From the NCBI GenBank assembly GCA_040954595.2, contig CM082591.2, positions 6,516,695 to 6,580,694 on the forward strand: a stretch of 64,000 nt of DNA, in the 5' to 3' direction. Positions 39,086-50,550 of the stretch are shown here, piece after piece. How positions within the stretch are numbered: the stretch's first letter is position 1; the number at the start of each line of letters is the position of its first letter. Below the pieces are notes generated by a model that was not told where the DNA came from, ran no database searches, and worked only from the letters and a program-made list of their open reading frames with translations. The stretch comes from Balanoglossus misakiensis (Eukaryota > Animalia > Hemichordata). The position numbers and the translations under genes were made by a program.

Positions 39086-40405
39086 GTTTTCTACAAGGCC
39101 AACTGTGCATCGAATATCCCTATTTTATAATACAGAATGTTTCAAAAATAACTTTGGCTTTAAGAATTCACAATAATTAATGTGTTCAGAATGAGGCCAC
39201 ACAAATCAGTCTTCAAAATCAAACCTGTCCAGCAGTATATTATTCCCTAATGAAACGTACAGAGGGGTCGACTAAAAATGGTACATAAACGTTACAAGGA
39301 TTATCTATAACACAGAATCATCATGTATGTGACAAGTGTTGGCGTGTAGAGGTACACCTCAAAGATTATGAGGTGAAGCATAGTTTAATAACTGTCAGTG
39401 CCAGGGCAAGTGACCTTTCCCTGATAACACGTATACATATCATTGCCACCTGTCGAAATCTCAGATCAAAACGCGACTTAAAGCTTGTTTACTGAACACT
39501 TGATATGACTGTCAAATTTAAGCTAGCTTTACTTTTGAAGGAAAATGTGGCACTTAAGTTTATAGACATAAGTTAGATGCAAACATGACGAAGGTCCATG
39601 GTGTTATTTAATAAATGACCGCACGACTACAATGCTGCATGTTTTATGTTTTCGCTCGTCAACAGACATTTTACTTGCGTCACTGAACCAAGACAATCTG
39701 CTAATCGTTATCTACCGCATGTTTGCAATAATTGTTTTCACAACACGACTTCCCTGTTTTGAAGTACCCTCAAACGATCTGCAAAACATGTGAGCTCAAA
39801 AACAGATTTATATTGTGCAAATACTGTGCACTGTGAAACCTATCGGAACAGTTACAATGGACACTTCCTCAATCTTTCTGTGGTTAGCACATCGACGCAA
39901 TGCGCTAAAGTTGACGGTGACCTCTGCACAGTTACCATGGAAAGTGACAATAGCCAATCAAAGATTTTCCCTTGGGTGGCCAAGTAAAAATTTAACAACC
40001 ACACAGTAATCAGAAGAACCAGACACTACGTTTCAATCATGCATGGACATGTTCTAATGAATCGCAATTTGTGTCCACAATAGGCCAATTGATTCCCAAA
40101 CGATTGATCTGTCAATAACTTCTGCCAAATACATCCCATATTACCCTTTCACTACCATGGTTCATTCCAAATCTATTGTTATCTATGGTAAGGTTGGACC
40201 TACGAAGAGGGAACTGGGGGTGAAAGTTTTAACCCTCATACGGGACATACCATGTAAACTGCAAGTGCATTACACTGTACAATGCAGACTGTCACTTGTT
40301 AATAATTTACAAGTCGAATCAATATTAACATTGCTGATGTCATGCAGTAATCCATACATCTCCAAAGCTTGAAAACAGGTAAATGTTGTCCAAACAGTTT
40401 ACATC

Positions 40406-43400
40406 TCATTGCATGATGTCTTGGTACTCTCTCTGATGCTCCAACATCTTCAAGAAGACTTTGTACTTTTTATCGTAAAACTCTTTTTCGCTCTCGCCAG
40501 CTCGAACCACCTGGCCAACACCACTCATTTTCTGCATAGCTTCCTGTTCATCATCCCCAAAAGAAATTAAAAAAAAAGAAAATTATATTTGTTTCTGAAG
40601 AAGGAAACCATTTTTTCATTTTCTGTAGATCCCACGATTAGTAGAATGATGGTTTCGGTATAGGAGTCATATTAGTATAGATAATGACATTACCCATATT
40701 GTTTGCGTCAAATTCAGCTAATACACTAACAGTCACATTTTCCTGGAAAAGCAGACTAGCTTGAACAATGTGAAATACTTTAGCACTCAGGAAACAATGA
40801 TCAGTAGTGATTTTTATTGAAGACTTTGGCAGATGGCAATGACATTTTTCACACTCTCTACGGTAAGGTTTTATATTATCATGTGATTGATTCCATATGG
40901 CATATTCACCCATGCTGGTCGTTTATGGCGATCATGTTAATGCATGTATAAGTCTTAATCAAATCCCTGCCATTAACTTGTTTTCAGTAAACAGCACTAC
41001 TATGCACCAGCAAATTAGCATCCATGCAGTTGTTTTCCCGATATCTCGCATGTATATTCACATTTTCCTGTACACATCTTGTGCTGGTGTGATAACAATC
41101 ATAACTTATACACATCATTTGGCGAACATAATAATTGAGTTATAGCATAATAATTGATAAGATAAGGCTAAATGGGGCTTTCGTAGAAAAACATAATTAC
41201 TTATACACTGTATATTTACATAACTTGACGAATAATAAAGTGATATGTGCAATTACCTGTAAACTGCTGTATTGGCCAGATGCACATGCTCCGAGTATGG
41301 CTGCACCAAGTAACACTGACTCAGTCTCTCTGGGCAGAACCACACACATCCCTAGTGTAACAGAAGAGACTGTCAAACTTTGTATGTCTGTGAGTTTGCG
41401 GACAGATTTGCAGAGAGTTCAAACTCATCACACTGAAAGTATGAATATTTTGCCTGTAAACTGTAAAAACATGGCTGATGTACACACACAAGACCGTGCA
41501 TGCACATCCTGGTATACAGAAAATAACTGACTCCAACTGTAACTAACATTATACACACCCTGAGACCCTTTGCATTCGCAGCATTGTAACTGGAATTTAC
41601 ACACATCTGACAGGCCTTTACCATCATTATTAATTTTCAGCTATGTAGCAGTCCAACCATGTTACATGTAACACACTACCTATAGTTATGGTACATAGCT
41701 GTGACATATATTAATGTTGTAGCTGTTTCGTACACAGCATAAACTGGGAAATGATATAAGTAAGGGCAGTATATGTACATCTCAATAAGGCTTGTGTGGC
41801 AGTTACACAGGCAATTACGTGAACAAGAAAGAAGGCCGGCAAAGAGTTGGGGACTTGACCCGGACCGGCTGGAAGTGATCCTTACCCGTGGCATCAGCAT
41901 GTACTTGTAGATAGAGCGAGTTCTTACAGAGACCTCCACATGCAAAGATGGTGGAGATCTTGTGTCCAGCTTGGTTCATGGTGTCCAAGATATGTCTTGT
42001 GCCAAGCTGGAAGAGACAAACAAAAACTGATCAATGTACATCTACATGTGATAGTTAGAGTACTCCAAAACATTTACCCATTTCCAGTGGTTTAAAGGTA
42101 CCTGTATAGGGTCATATCACCTATAAAGTACATATGACCATTTATAAGTGTTTTAAAGATCACATGGTGGCACTCAGTTTTTCTCTGTGTATTGTGATTG
42201 TTTACTTAATTAAAATTTGTTAATTTCTAAATTTGACTTCCTGGTGATTGAACAAATAGTAACAAAACTGATATGAAAATATTTTTTCTCTTTTGCATTT
42301 TATATTACTACTTACCGCAATTGATTGTACTGTAGCAAGATACAATACAGCAAGACTGTCAATGTCTGTGGCCAAATTTAAACCACAAATCTGTGAATAA
42401 TTGCGATAAGAAAAGTTTACCATTAGGTACTTTTCTTACACAAGAGGGCGCCCTATTCTTGACAGCGTTTTTAGAATTACGTGCACAAGAAAATACGGTT
42501 CAGTTAAAACCCCAATAGCTGCCAATTTTTTCCATTAATTTTCATGATTTTGTATTCAAACTTAGAATGTTCCATTTTTAACTATGGGGTGTACACAAAC
42601 ACATTATCAATGTCTGATTGTGGCTTTGCATTTATGTATAAGAAGTTAAATAATAAAAGGGTGCCACACCAATTTATTCAACTGCCAATTGCAAGCGAAC
42701 ACTGGGGCTTCTACAGTTACCCCTCCTTCTACAGTTACCCCTCCTTCCTCCCTCCCCCCCCCCCTTCCCCATGTTCAACTCACCATTCCTTTCAGGGAAG
42801 CATCAGCCACTGGTGACCTGTTGCCATGGAAATCAGGCCACATGTGGAAATCTTTAGTCAGCTGGCCAACCGAGGTCATGTGATTTGTCTCAGCCAACGA
42901 AGCAACATGTTCATTCAGTACACTGTACACACTGCAATTCCTGGTGATGAGAGCAATAATTACTATTGTCAAAAATAAGAAATTTCAATCTATTTTCAAA
43001 AAATAATCAGGAATTACAATAATTACATTCTGATACAACATTATCCCATGTAACTGTACAGTTGATGATATAAACAATTGTAATTATAAATCATTCATTA
43101 TTGATTGTGAAATATCACTTGAAATTTTTTCAAATTATACGAGCATAAACCATCTCCCGCAGTAGTTTTGAACTGTATAAATCTTTAATATAATTGCAAT
43201 ACATTACCCAAGGTGTTGGTAAACCACAAGATTTTCACCATTTTACATACATGCATGCATGTCGTCAAAATGGTCAAAAATGTGCGGAACACCATTACCT
43301 TGGGTAGTTTCATCTGTGGTCGTTACCTCTTATCCGCTTTCTCTTTGACTTCCTGGAAAGCAGGGTGAGTTGTGATGACATGATCGATCAGCTTTCCTGT

Positions 43401-46400
43401 GGCACTCTGCCCGCCTTCATGCAACCAATAACCGGGGACCATGGCCGAATAGTACGGGCCCCACACTCCATCGACAAACATCAGATTCTGTGATATCTGT
43501 ATCGTAATGAAAACAAGTAAGGAACGAGTTTCTACCTTGCCCAAGCCAAGTTAATGAGATGTACGTGTATTCAAGTGAGAAGAACACTGATTGGTTTACT
43601 TACAGCCATGTGACAAGTTGATGTGCCACATATAAGCGCTAGCCTTGCTGTGATTGGCTGGTTCTCGCAGGGCAGGCCGTGACCTTTGACATCACTGGCT
43701 ATAACACCTGAAACAGAACGATCGCACCGAACAGGTTAGTTCTGAGATACCATGAATGTTGAGAACCAATGATGCTATAATTGACAAGTGTACGAAGATC
43801 TTCTAAAATACGTGTACAGTACTGTAAAAGATATTCTCCACGTAAAATCTGCAGTTTAAGTGAGTTACTGTAAAACACTTTATTTTCGCGGGCAATAAAT
43901 TTTCGCGAAATACGCGAGAGCCAAAATAGCATGAAAATTAAAAGTAGCATAATTTTTTTTGAAGATAACGATGCAGTGAATGAAATAAGAGAATGCGAAA
44001 ATTAATACTCACGAAACAGTGGCCTCTCTCGATACCGCGAAAATTTCAATTCGCGAAAATAAGTGTTTTACAGTATCATACATATACATAACTGGTACAT
44101 AACTGTCATACAAAAACAGCTAACTCCGAATTCATGATTTGATTCCTACCAATGCCACCTGCATGGGCGTCGATGACTGGGGTTGCCACTGGTGTACCAG
44201 CCACTAAGCCTAGTTGATCCGCTGCCGTTTGGTGCAGTCCGTCAGCCACTGGTCTGCCCGGAGGTTGTACGTCATTCCCTGGAATGAAGAGGGCATCATT
44301 GGCTGTGTGAGATGGAAGGGGCCGTACAGTGTAGTACCGGGATGAAGTGCGAATTCAAGTCTTAGGGAAGTACACAATGCGTGTGGATGACTATTACTGG
44401 CCACTGGCCCTGCTCAAGGATTGCTTCATAAGGACATTGATGGGTGGGTATGTTGTGTGTGGATACAAGGTTAAGGAAGGTAAGGAGGGTATATGGGGAC
44501 GGATGGTATGAGGTTGGTGTTTATTTGATGGGGAGGGAGAGAGAGGGGAATGAATGAATTGATGGGTGGGTGGGTGGACAGATGAATGAATGAGTGAATG
44601 AATGAATGAATGAATGAATGAATGAATGAATGAAAGCATATGGAAAGATAGACGGATGTATGTATGTATGTATGTATGTATGTATGTATGTATGTATGTA
44701 TGTATGTATGTATGTATGTATGTATGTATGTATGTATGTATGTATGTATGTATGTATGTATGTATGTATGTATGTATGAATGTATGTATGTATGTATGTA
44801 TGTATGGATGGATGGATGGAGGGATGGATGAATGGATGGATGGAGGGATAGACAGACAGATGGATGGATGGGTCTATTTCCAGGTACCGGTTACATGTGC
44901 ATGTTGACAACCGGTCAGAAACCAGTGATTCCTACAGAAACAAACAAAGAATGCAGCACTCACCAATTTTACAGTAGTCACCTTCCATGAGATCCTCCAA
45001 ACCAGTTTGTTGTAGATAGCTATCACTCCAAGACTGTTGACTCTCATTTGCCTGGTACTGATATTTACTCACTAGAGTACACAGTGACCTTGAATATAAG
45101 ATAGCACCCCGAAAAATTCAATTTTATTCTGTGGTATGTGTTTTTATGAACAAGACATTCCTTCGACATATTTCATTCTGCTTGAGTGCTCTGGGCACTG
45201 AAAATTACCATTTGGGATTTATACTCAACCAACAGCCTATCCAGTCTAATCACTTGTATCGTTTTGAACTTTTTTTCCACAGATGTAACTGGGGCAAAGT
45301 TGATGCAGTTTAGTGAGAGTGGGAGGAAACTTACCTGGACAAACTGCCGGTTGCTTTCCACGCAAGGAAATCTGCCAAGTCCAAGAAATGACCAGCTTTG
45401 TCCCAGCATTCAGACCTCAGGTTCTGTAACCAAGAAATCACTGATTAGCCCAGTTGGTACAGTGGGACAGATGCCAGCATTAAATCTTGTTTTCTATGGA
45501 TTCAATCTCGTAATATAAAAACCAGAACAGATCACAATCTCAGGAACAATTTCAGTTTAAAAAATCAGTATGAATTATGTTGTTTTGTTTTTTTTCAAAT
45601 AAAAGATTAATTTTTTTGTTCTGTATGAAACATATAGATTAGTTTTTTGTTGAGTTCTTTTTTCACTTACCTGTTTAAGCCAGAGTAGTTTAGGACACTC
45701 CTGCTCTAAGCTGACTTTGCCACCAACATATCTGAGGACTTCGTGTCTTGTGTTGTTGATGAAGTCGGCCTGTCTGCCAGCCCTGTGGTCTAGCCACATA
45801 ATTATGTTTTGCTCATTGTTGCCTGTAAGCAGTATGCAGACAAGGAGAAATCAACAAACCCTTTAAGTTATGGGGATTGACCTTTCTGCTGCTGGGTCAT
45901 ACCAGACAGAGTTGCTACACTGTTGCAAGTCAAAGTAAGCAGAAAGTGCAACTGCTACAATGTACATCATTGCAAACAATGCAATTGTTACTTTGTATTA
46001 CACTGTACATCCAAGCAAACAATGCATTGTTACTTTTTATCACATTTCCAAGTTACTTAGATATAACATGTAACAGTTGGCCAGGTCTCCCTGAACAGTG
46101 GGAACAGTGTGGATGGTGTGTTTATAAACACAAAATTTGCACATGTGCAGTCCAGACAACACCCCCTTTAAAATCATCCATAGCATCTCAAATGTAGGTG
46201 GCCAGCTACAAATGTTACATGTGCCAGTTTTATTATTTGAAAATGCAAGAAAAAATAAACCAAGCTGCACAATACTAGTAATCTCCATTTAAATAACAAC
46301 AATATCACATGTAACTCTCAAATCTGTGTTGACAGAAAGGGCTGTACATTGATATCTTGTAGTTTCAGTGTTTAGACTTGAAAACTGACCAAGAATTAGT

Positions 46401-47269
46401 AATTTAAACTATGCCGTCGCAAACTATCTCGCTCCTGTAATTAAAGAAATAAATTAAACTGCTTGACAATCAATTTAGATCTATAAAACCACATTCATTA
46501 AACAGATTAGATCAGACAAAATTCTGAAGTAGAAAAACAGCAGTTAATATCGAAATTTTCCTGTTACCTGTAGGGCTGACAGTGATTGGTTGAAAGTTGG
46601 TGTCCAGGGCAACCAATGAGCATGTAGCATCAAATCCAATACCTTTTATCTTGTGTACATCAACATCACTGGTGATCTCCTGGCAACAGTGGATGATACA
46701 AATAGATATTTTACCAATCAGAAACAGGGCGATTGATAGACAATTCAAATTAATCAAGAGAGAAATTCTCTCCATTTTATAAGGATTTGAAATATAATCA
46801 CTCGCATCACAAAATTTTAGAAATGGATGGTTTTTGTCCAGTCCGGGACGACTACACAATCTTTTACACTTAAACCACTCCCAGAACACGGAGCTAGCTC
46901 CATGTCCAGACGTACTGCAGACCCGGTGTAGCAAATTCAGCTATGAGCATTGAGAGAGCTCGATGTGATACGAGAAACACTGACTCGCACAGTATTATAA
47001 TATGAGAGAGACTCAGAGAGCTATGAGAGAGTCGGAGAATATACCGGTTACACTTCTTGCACTACGTGTTTTACCTTGATGATCAGACAGACGCTGTTCC
47101 AGATATCTTCCGAAGACTGCTCGTAATAGTCGGTGGTCGGTGTCCACATTCGGATGTCGCGCTCGGCCGTCCTCAGAATCTTGCCTCCGCTGTCGACGAG
47201 AGCAGCTCTGGCGGACCCTGTACCGACGTCCACTCCAATATACAAGCTGGTGTCCGAATCGCTCGCCAT
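40406..47269 (-). CDS. FGGY: FGGY carbohydrate kinase domain-containing protein (D-ribulokinase / ribitol kinase), about 553 aa, 13 coding exons
   Basis: Exons 47269-47075, 46679-46568, 45822-45671, 45423-45335, 45088-44964, 44278-44150, 43707-43604, 43496-43327, 42940-42784, 42390-42316, 42006-41886, 41351-41257 and 40543-40406 join in frame with GT-AG introns. Motifs: [117 protein letters not shown]. Confidence 0.95.
43205..43306. other. About 100-bp imperfect palindrome (fold-back) in an FGGY intron
   Basis: TACCCAAGGTGTTGGT...CCATTTT...ACATGCATGCATGT...AAAATGG...ACCATTACCTTGGGTA. Confidence 0.7.
43866..44075. mobile_element. TA-flanked MITE (Tc1/mariner-type ends) in an FGGY intron
   Basis: TA-CTGTAAAACACTTTATTTTCGCG ... 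CGCGAAAATAAGTGTTTTACAG-TA, with internal repeats of TTTCGCG/CGCGAAA. Confidence 0.85.
44550..44870. repeat. Compound microsatellite (TGAA)n-(TATG)n-(TGGA)n
   Basis: Direct reading; lies in an FGGY intron. Confidence 0.95.
45950..46171 (+). mobile_element. Dispersed repeat family copy (same family as 28716-28971)
   Basis: ACATCATTGCAAACAATGCAATTGTTACTTTGTATTACACTGTA...CACATGTGCAGTCCAGACAACACCCCCTTTAA. Confidence 0.7.
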
Positions 47270-48806
47270 CTCTTATAGGCAGTCAACTTCTGGGCGGGCT
47301 AGAGTGTAGCGTAGAAATGCAGCTTCAGTTATGGCATGGTGTGGTGTTGAACACAGCTGATGTGTTGTTTTCTAGCGTCAAAGGTCATGGGGGTTATGTA
47401 AGGTCATTGAGCTGCCACGCCCCCCACGTGAACGGACACCGCCCTCTCGAGTTCACATTCAACGCTGTTTTTGTTTTCAATTATACGTAACAGATCCAGG
47501 GGCCTGACCAAGGGAAACATATACTGGTATCTCGGTAAGAAAATTGCAATGAAAAAAAATAATCTGACAGCAAATACTTAAAGCATTTCAGGGATTCCCC
47601 TCCGGATCATGCTGAGGGTCTTGCAAATTTGGTTCAACACCGAATGAAATCATTTTTTTTGGTGTCAAATCTGACATATATCCATGGTAATATACAATGA
47701 TTTCTCGTGGTTGTACGTCTCTTGAAGGAAAATCCAAACTTTGTTTCGATGACACTTTTACGAGAATTCTATAAAAACCTGCCAATAATTTGAATCTATA
47801 AAGTGTGTACAGTCGTTATATTAAACTCATAGTCAACTGGGCCTAAAAGGCAAAAAAAAAAAAAAAAAAAAAAAACCGCCAAGCGACTAGTGGTGTAGTC
47901 TAGCAGCAGTGTTCCTCTACGACAAATAGTGACGAAAGGTGGATAGTAAAAGGCGACAGTACCTGCATGACCAGTAATTAATCCCTGATTAGATTATCGA
48001 TCACAGTGTATGCGGCCATTGTCTGTGCATGTGTTTCGTGTCGAGTCCTGCTGTCATTGTTATGCATGTGTGTGGTGTCGAAACGGACCTGCTGGACAAT
48101 TTTGTTCTATATCATTGAGCGATTTTACAGAGACTGGGCAGCGAGGGAAACCGACACTTAAACCTGGTCGTATATCTGAACACACCGTCTTGACTACGAG
48201 GAGAAATCGAGTGAGTATACTACGGTTTGATGCTGTAGTCGGCCGGACCGTGACTTTTATGACACCAGAAAGTGAACTTGATTCTAACCTCCTCCCCCCC
48301 CCCCCGAACAATTATGATTGATCACATGATCCGGTCGTGGCATTTCTCGACTAGCAAGTGGAGTCACAAATCGTGGGAAAATTAGTTGTCATCTATGAAC
48401 TGTTTGCATTAATAAAATCGATACGTTGTCGAGATCGTTATAACGTGACCCATGATTTCAACGTAAGGCATTTTTGCGCTTACGTAATGATATGCACATC
48501 TCTGAATGGCCAATTAAGGGGACTATACGGAAAGCACGTCCAGTGTTCGCTCTGTCTTTCCGTGTAGTTGAAAACACCAGCATCTATATGATTATACACA
48601 CCATAAGTATACAATCTTTCCGTCTAAGCGTCTTGACTGAGTCGATCTCCTAAAGTATAATATGGTATTAGAAGTGGGGTGCACTGGTCGGCTTTCGGTA
48701 TACACATTTATTTTAGCTATGATTTTACCAGAAATATCATACATTTGTATATTGTCTTGATCTTCATGCAGAGAGCCATCGATCGGAGTTAACGACCTTC
48801 CCGGCC

Positions 48807-50076
48807 ATGGCTCGTCTCTGTGTATCCCTCCAAAGGCTGGCCAGTGGGAGAACTGCGTGCGGCCGGCTGGTGCTTCTGACGACGTGCGTTCTGCTGTCGG
48901 TCGCTCTGGCGACGGTCTACACCGCCCAGCGCTACAGCCTGCTCCGGTACGTCCCGCTGCAGGGCGGGGAATGCTACCTGACGCCACGGCAAGAGCGCAG
49001 CCTGCGCCACACGCTGCGCAGCGTCGTCGCCGTCTTCGAGGACATGAACGTGACCTACTGGCTGGATTACGGGACGCTGGTTGGGGCCCTGCGCACAGGC
49101 GATATCATGAGGTGAAACCATAGTCCACACGTTGGTGCATAGTGAAACTCACAAACATTGCCGTTTTTGTTATTTTACAAGCATGCAGTTACCACCTGTT
49201 GGTAACGCTTTACTTATTCTGTGCTGATATGGCGAGATGTTATATGCCTACCATAGCCCTGCGTACAGGTCTGCGTGTTCCCGGCGTTACACAGCCTGTG
49301 TACGCAGGGCTAAGGCCTCTCAGCGTTTACATGGATGACACAGTGTCCCCTTTTTTCTGTCTCTTTATGTATGCCCTGACAACGAACCAATTGTGTGTTT
49401 TTATCAAGGAGAGTGATTTTATTGCTTGTACTATTGTTCATGCATTGACTACAGTCTTAACATTGCGCGCTATTCAAGACTGTGTTTTCTTCTTTGTTTT
49501 TTTTAACTCCCCATACATTGTATTAAATGCTAAGAATTGAAAGGGTTGGACTGTCATTTATCCGCAAATCACAGTCCCAGGCGGCAAGCGACTCGACTTT
49601 ACATGGATTTTTTTATATATTGCAGACATGATGCGGATGGAGATATAGGATTTCTCGCTGGCGAATCTTACAAACCGGAAATAGTAAGGCAGAGACTTCA
49701 GGCGAGAGGCATCCAGTACAGTTATGGGAAGTCGTACTTTTCCCGCGCAAAACACGAGGACATGTGGGTCGATGTGGTGAGATGGAAGACCGCTGAGGGC
49801 GCTTTCCATGGCGACGAAATTGAAATGCTGACGAAGGACATGACGGAACGACAAGCTAAAGGGAGGGAATTCATCGCGAAGTTTACCGATGAGAGTGACG
49901 AGTTTCCGTCGTCATGGCTACAGCCTCGGAGGACTGTTGATTTCATGGACATCAAGGTGAAAATCCCGCTCATGGCGGAGAAGCTTGTGGAGCATCGGTA
50001 TCCGTTCACTCATAGTTTCAATGTGCCGTACAAGTGGAAATGCTGGCTACCACAGTGGGCTGAAAAGTCCCGTTAG
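48807..50076 (+). CDS. LicD / fukutin / FKRP-family phosphotransferase (nucleotidyltransferase fold), type II membrane protein, about 251 aa, 2 coding exons
   Basis: Exon 48807-49111 (AG|GTGAAA) plus exon 49626-50076 (TGCAG|A) join to give YWLDYGTLVGALRTGDIMRHDADGDIG, the LicD/FKRP hallmark (YWLxxGxLLGAxR..xDxDxD). Also present: an N-terminal signal-anchor RLVLLTTCVLLSVALATVY, WVDV, and C-terminal FPSSWLQPRRTVDFMDIKVKIP. Confidence 0.88.
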
Positions 50077-50124
50077 CTCTATTATGTTTTATGTGACTTA
50101 TGCAGTTTCTTGCCAAAATCCACA

Positions 50125-50268
50125 GATGATGATGATGTATGTATGTATGTATGTATGTATGTATGTGTGTGTGTGTGTGTGTGTATATATATGTATGTGT
50201 GTACATGTATGTATGTATTTACGTACGTACGTACGTGTGTGTGTGTATGTATGTATGTGTGTATGTAT
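50125..50268. repeat. Mixed (TATG)n/(TG)n microsatellite
   Basis: Direct reading; lies just left of the first TRIM duplication unit. Confidence 0.9.
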
Positions 50269-50550
50269 CCTACACGTCACATTCCGACATTTCGGCCTGA
50301 TAGGAATGGAAAGATGAGATACAACGTACATGTACAGTTCTGGAAATCATAAGTTCAAGTCGGGTCATTTAAAAGTTCACCTGAGGACAACGGCTCACGA
50401 ATCAGAAATTTCAAAATGTCTACGGTCCACAATGCACCATTGCCCACTTCGTAGAAATCCATTGTCACACAATCGTAGAATTTTGGTCACGTGATGGTAA
50501 CTAGCCAGGTCACGAGTCCGGTAAACAGACGATCAACGAACAGCGAGATC

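Noticed and set aside
50491-50550. N-terminal extension MMVTSQVTSP... given by the ORF track for TRIM copies 1 and 4
   Set aside because: Copy 2 has a 2-nt insertion there that breaks the frame, so the shared MAAKDS ATG is the more likely start.
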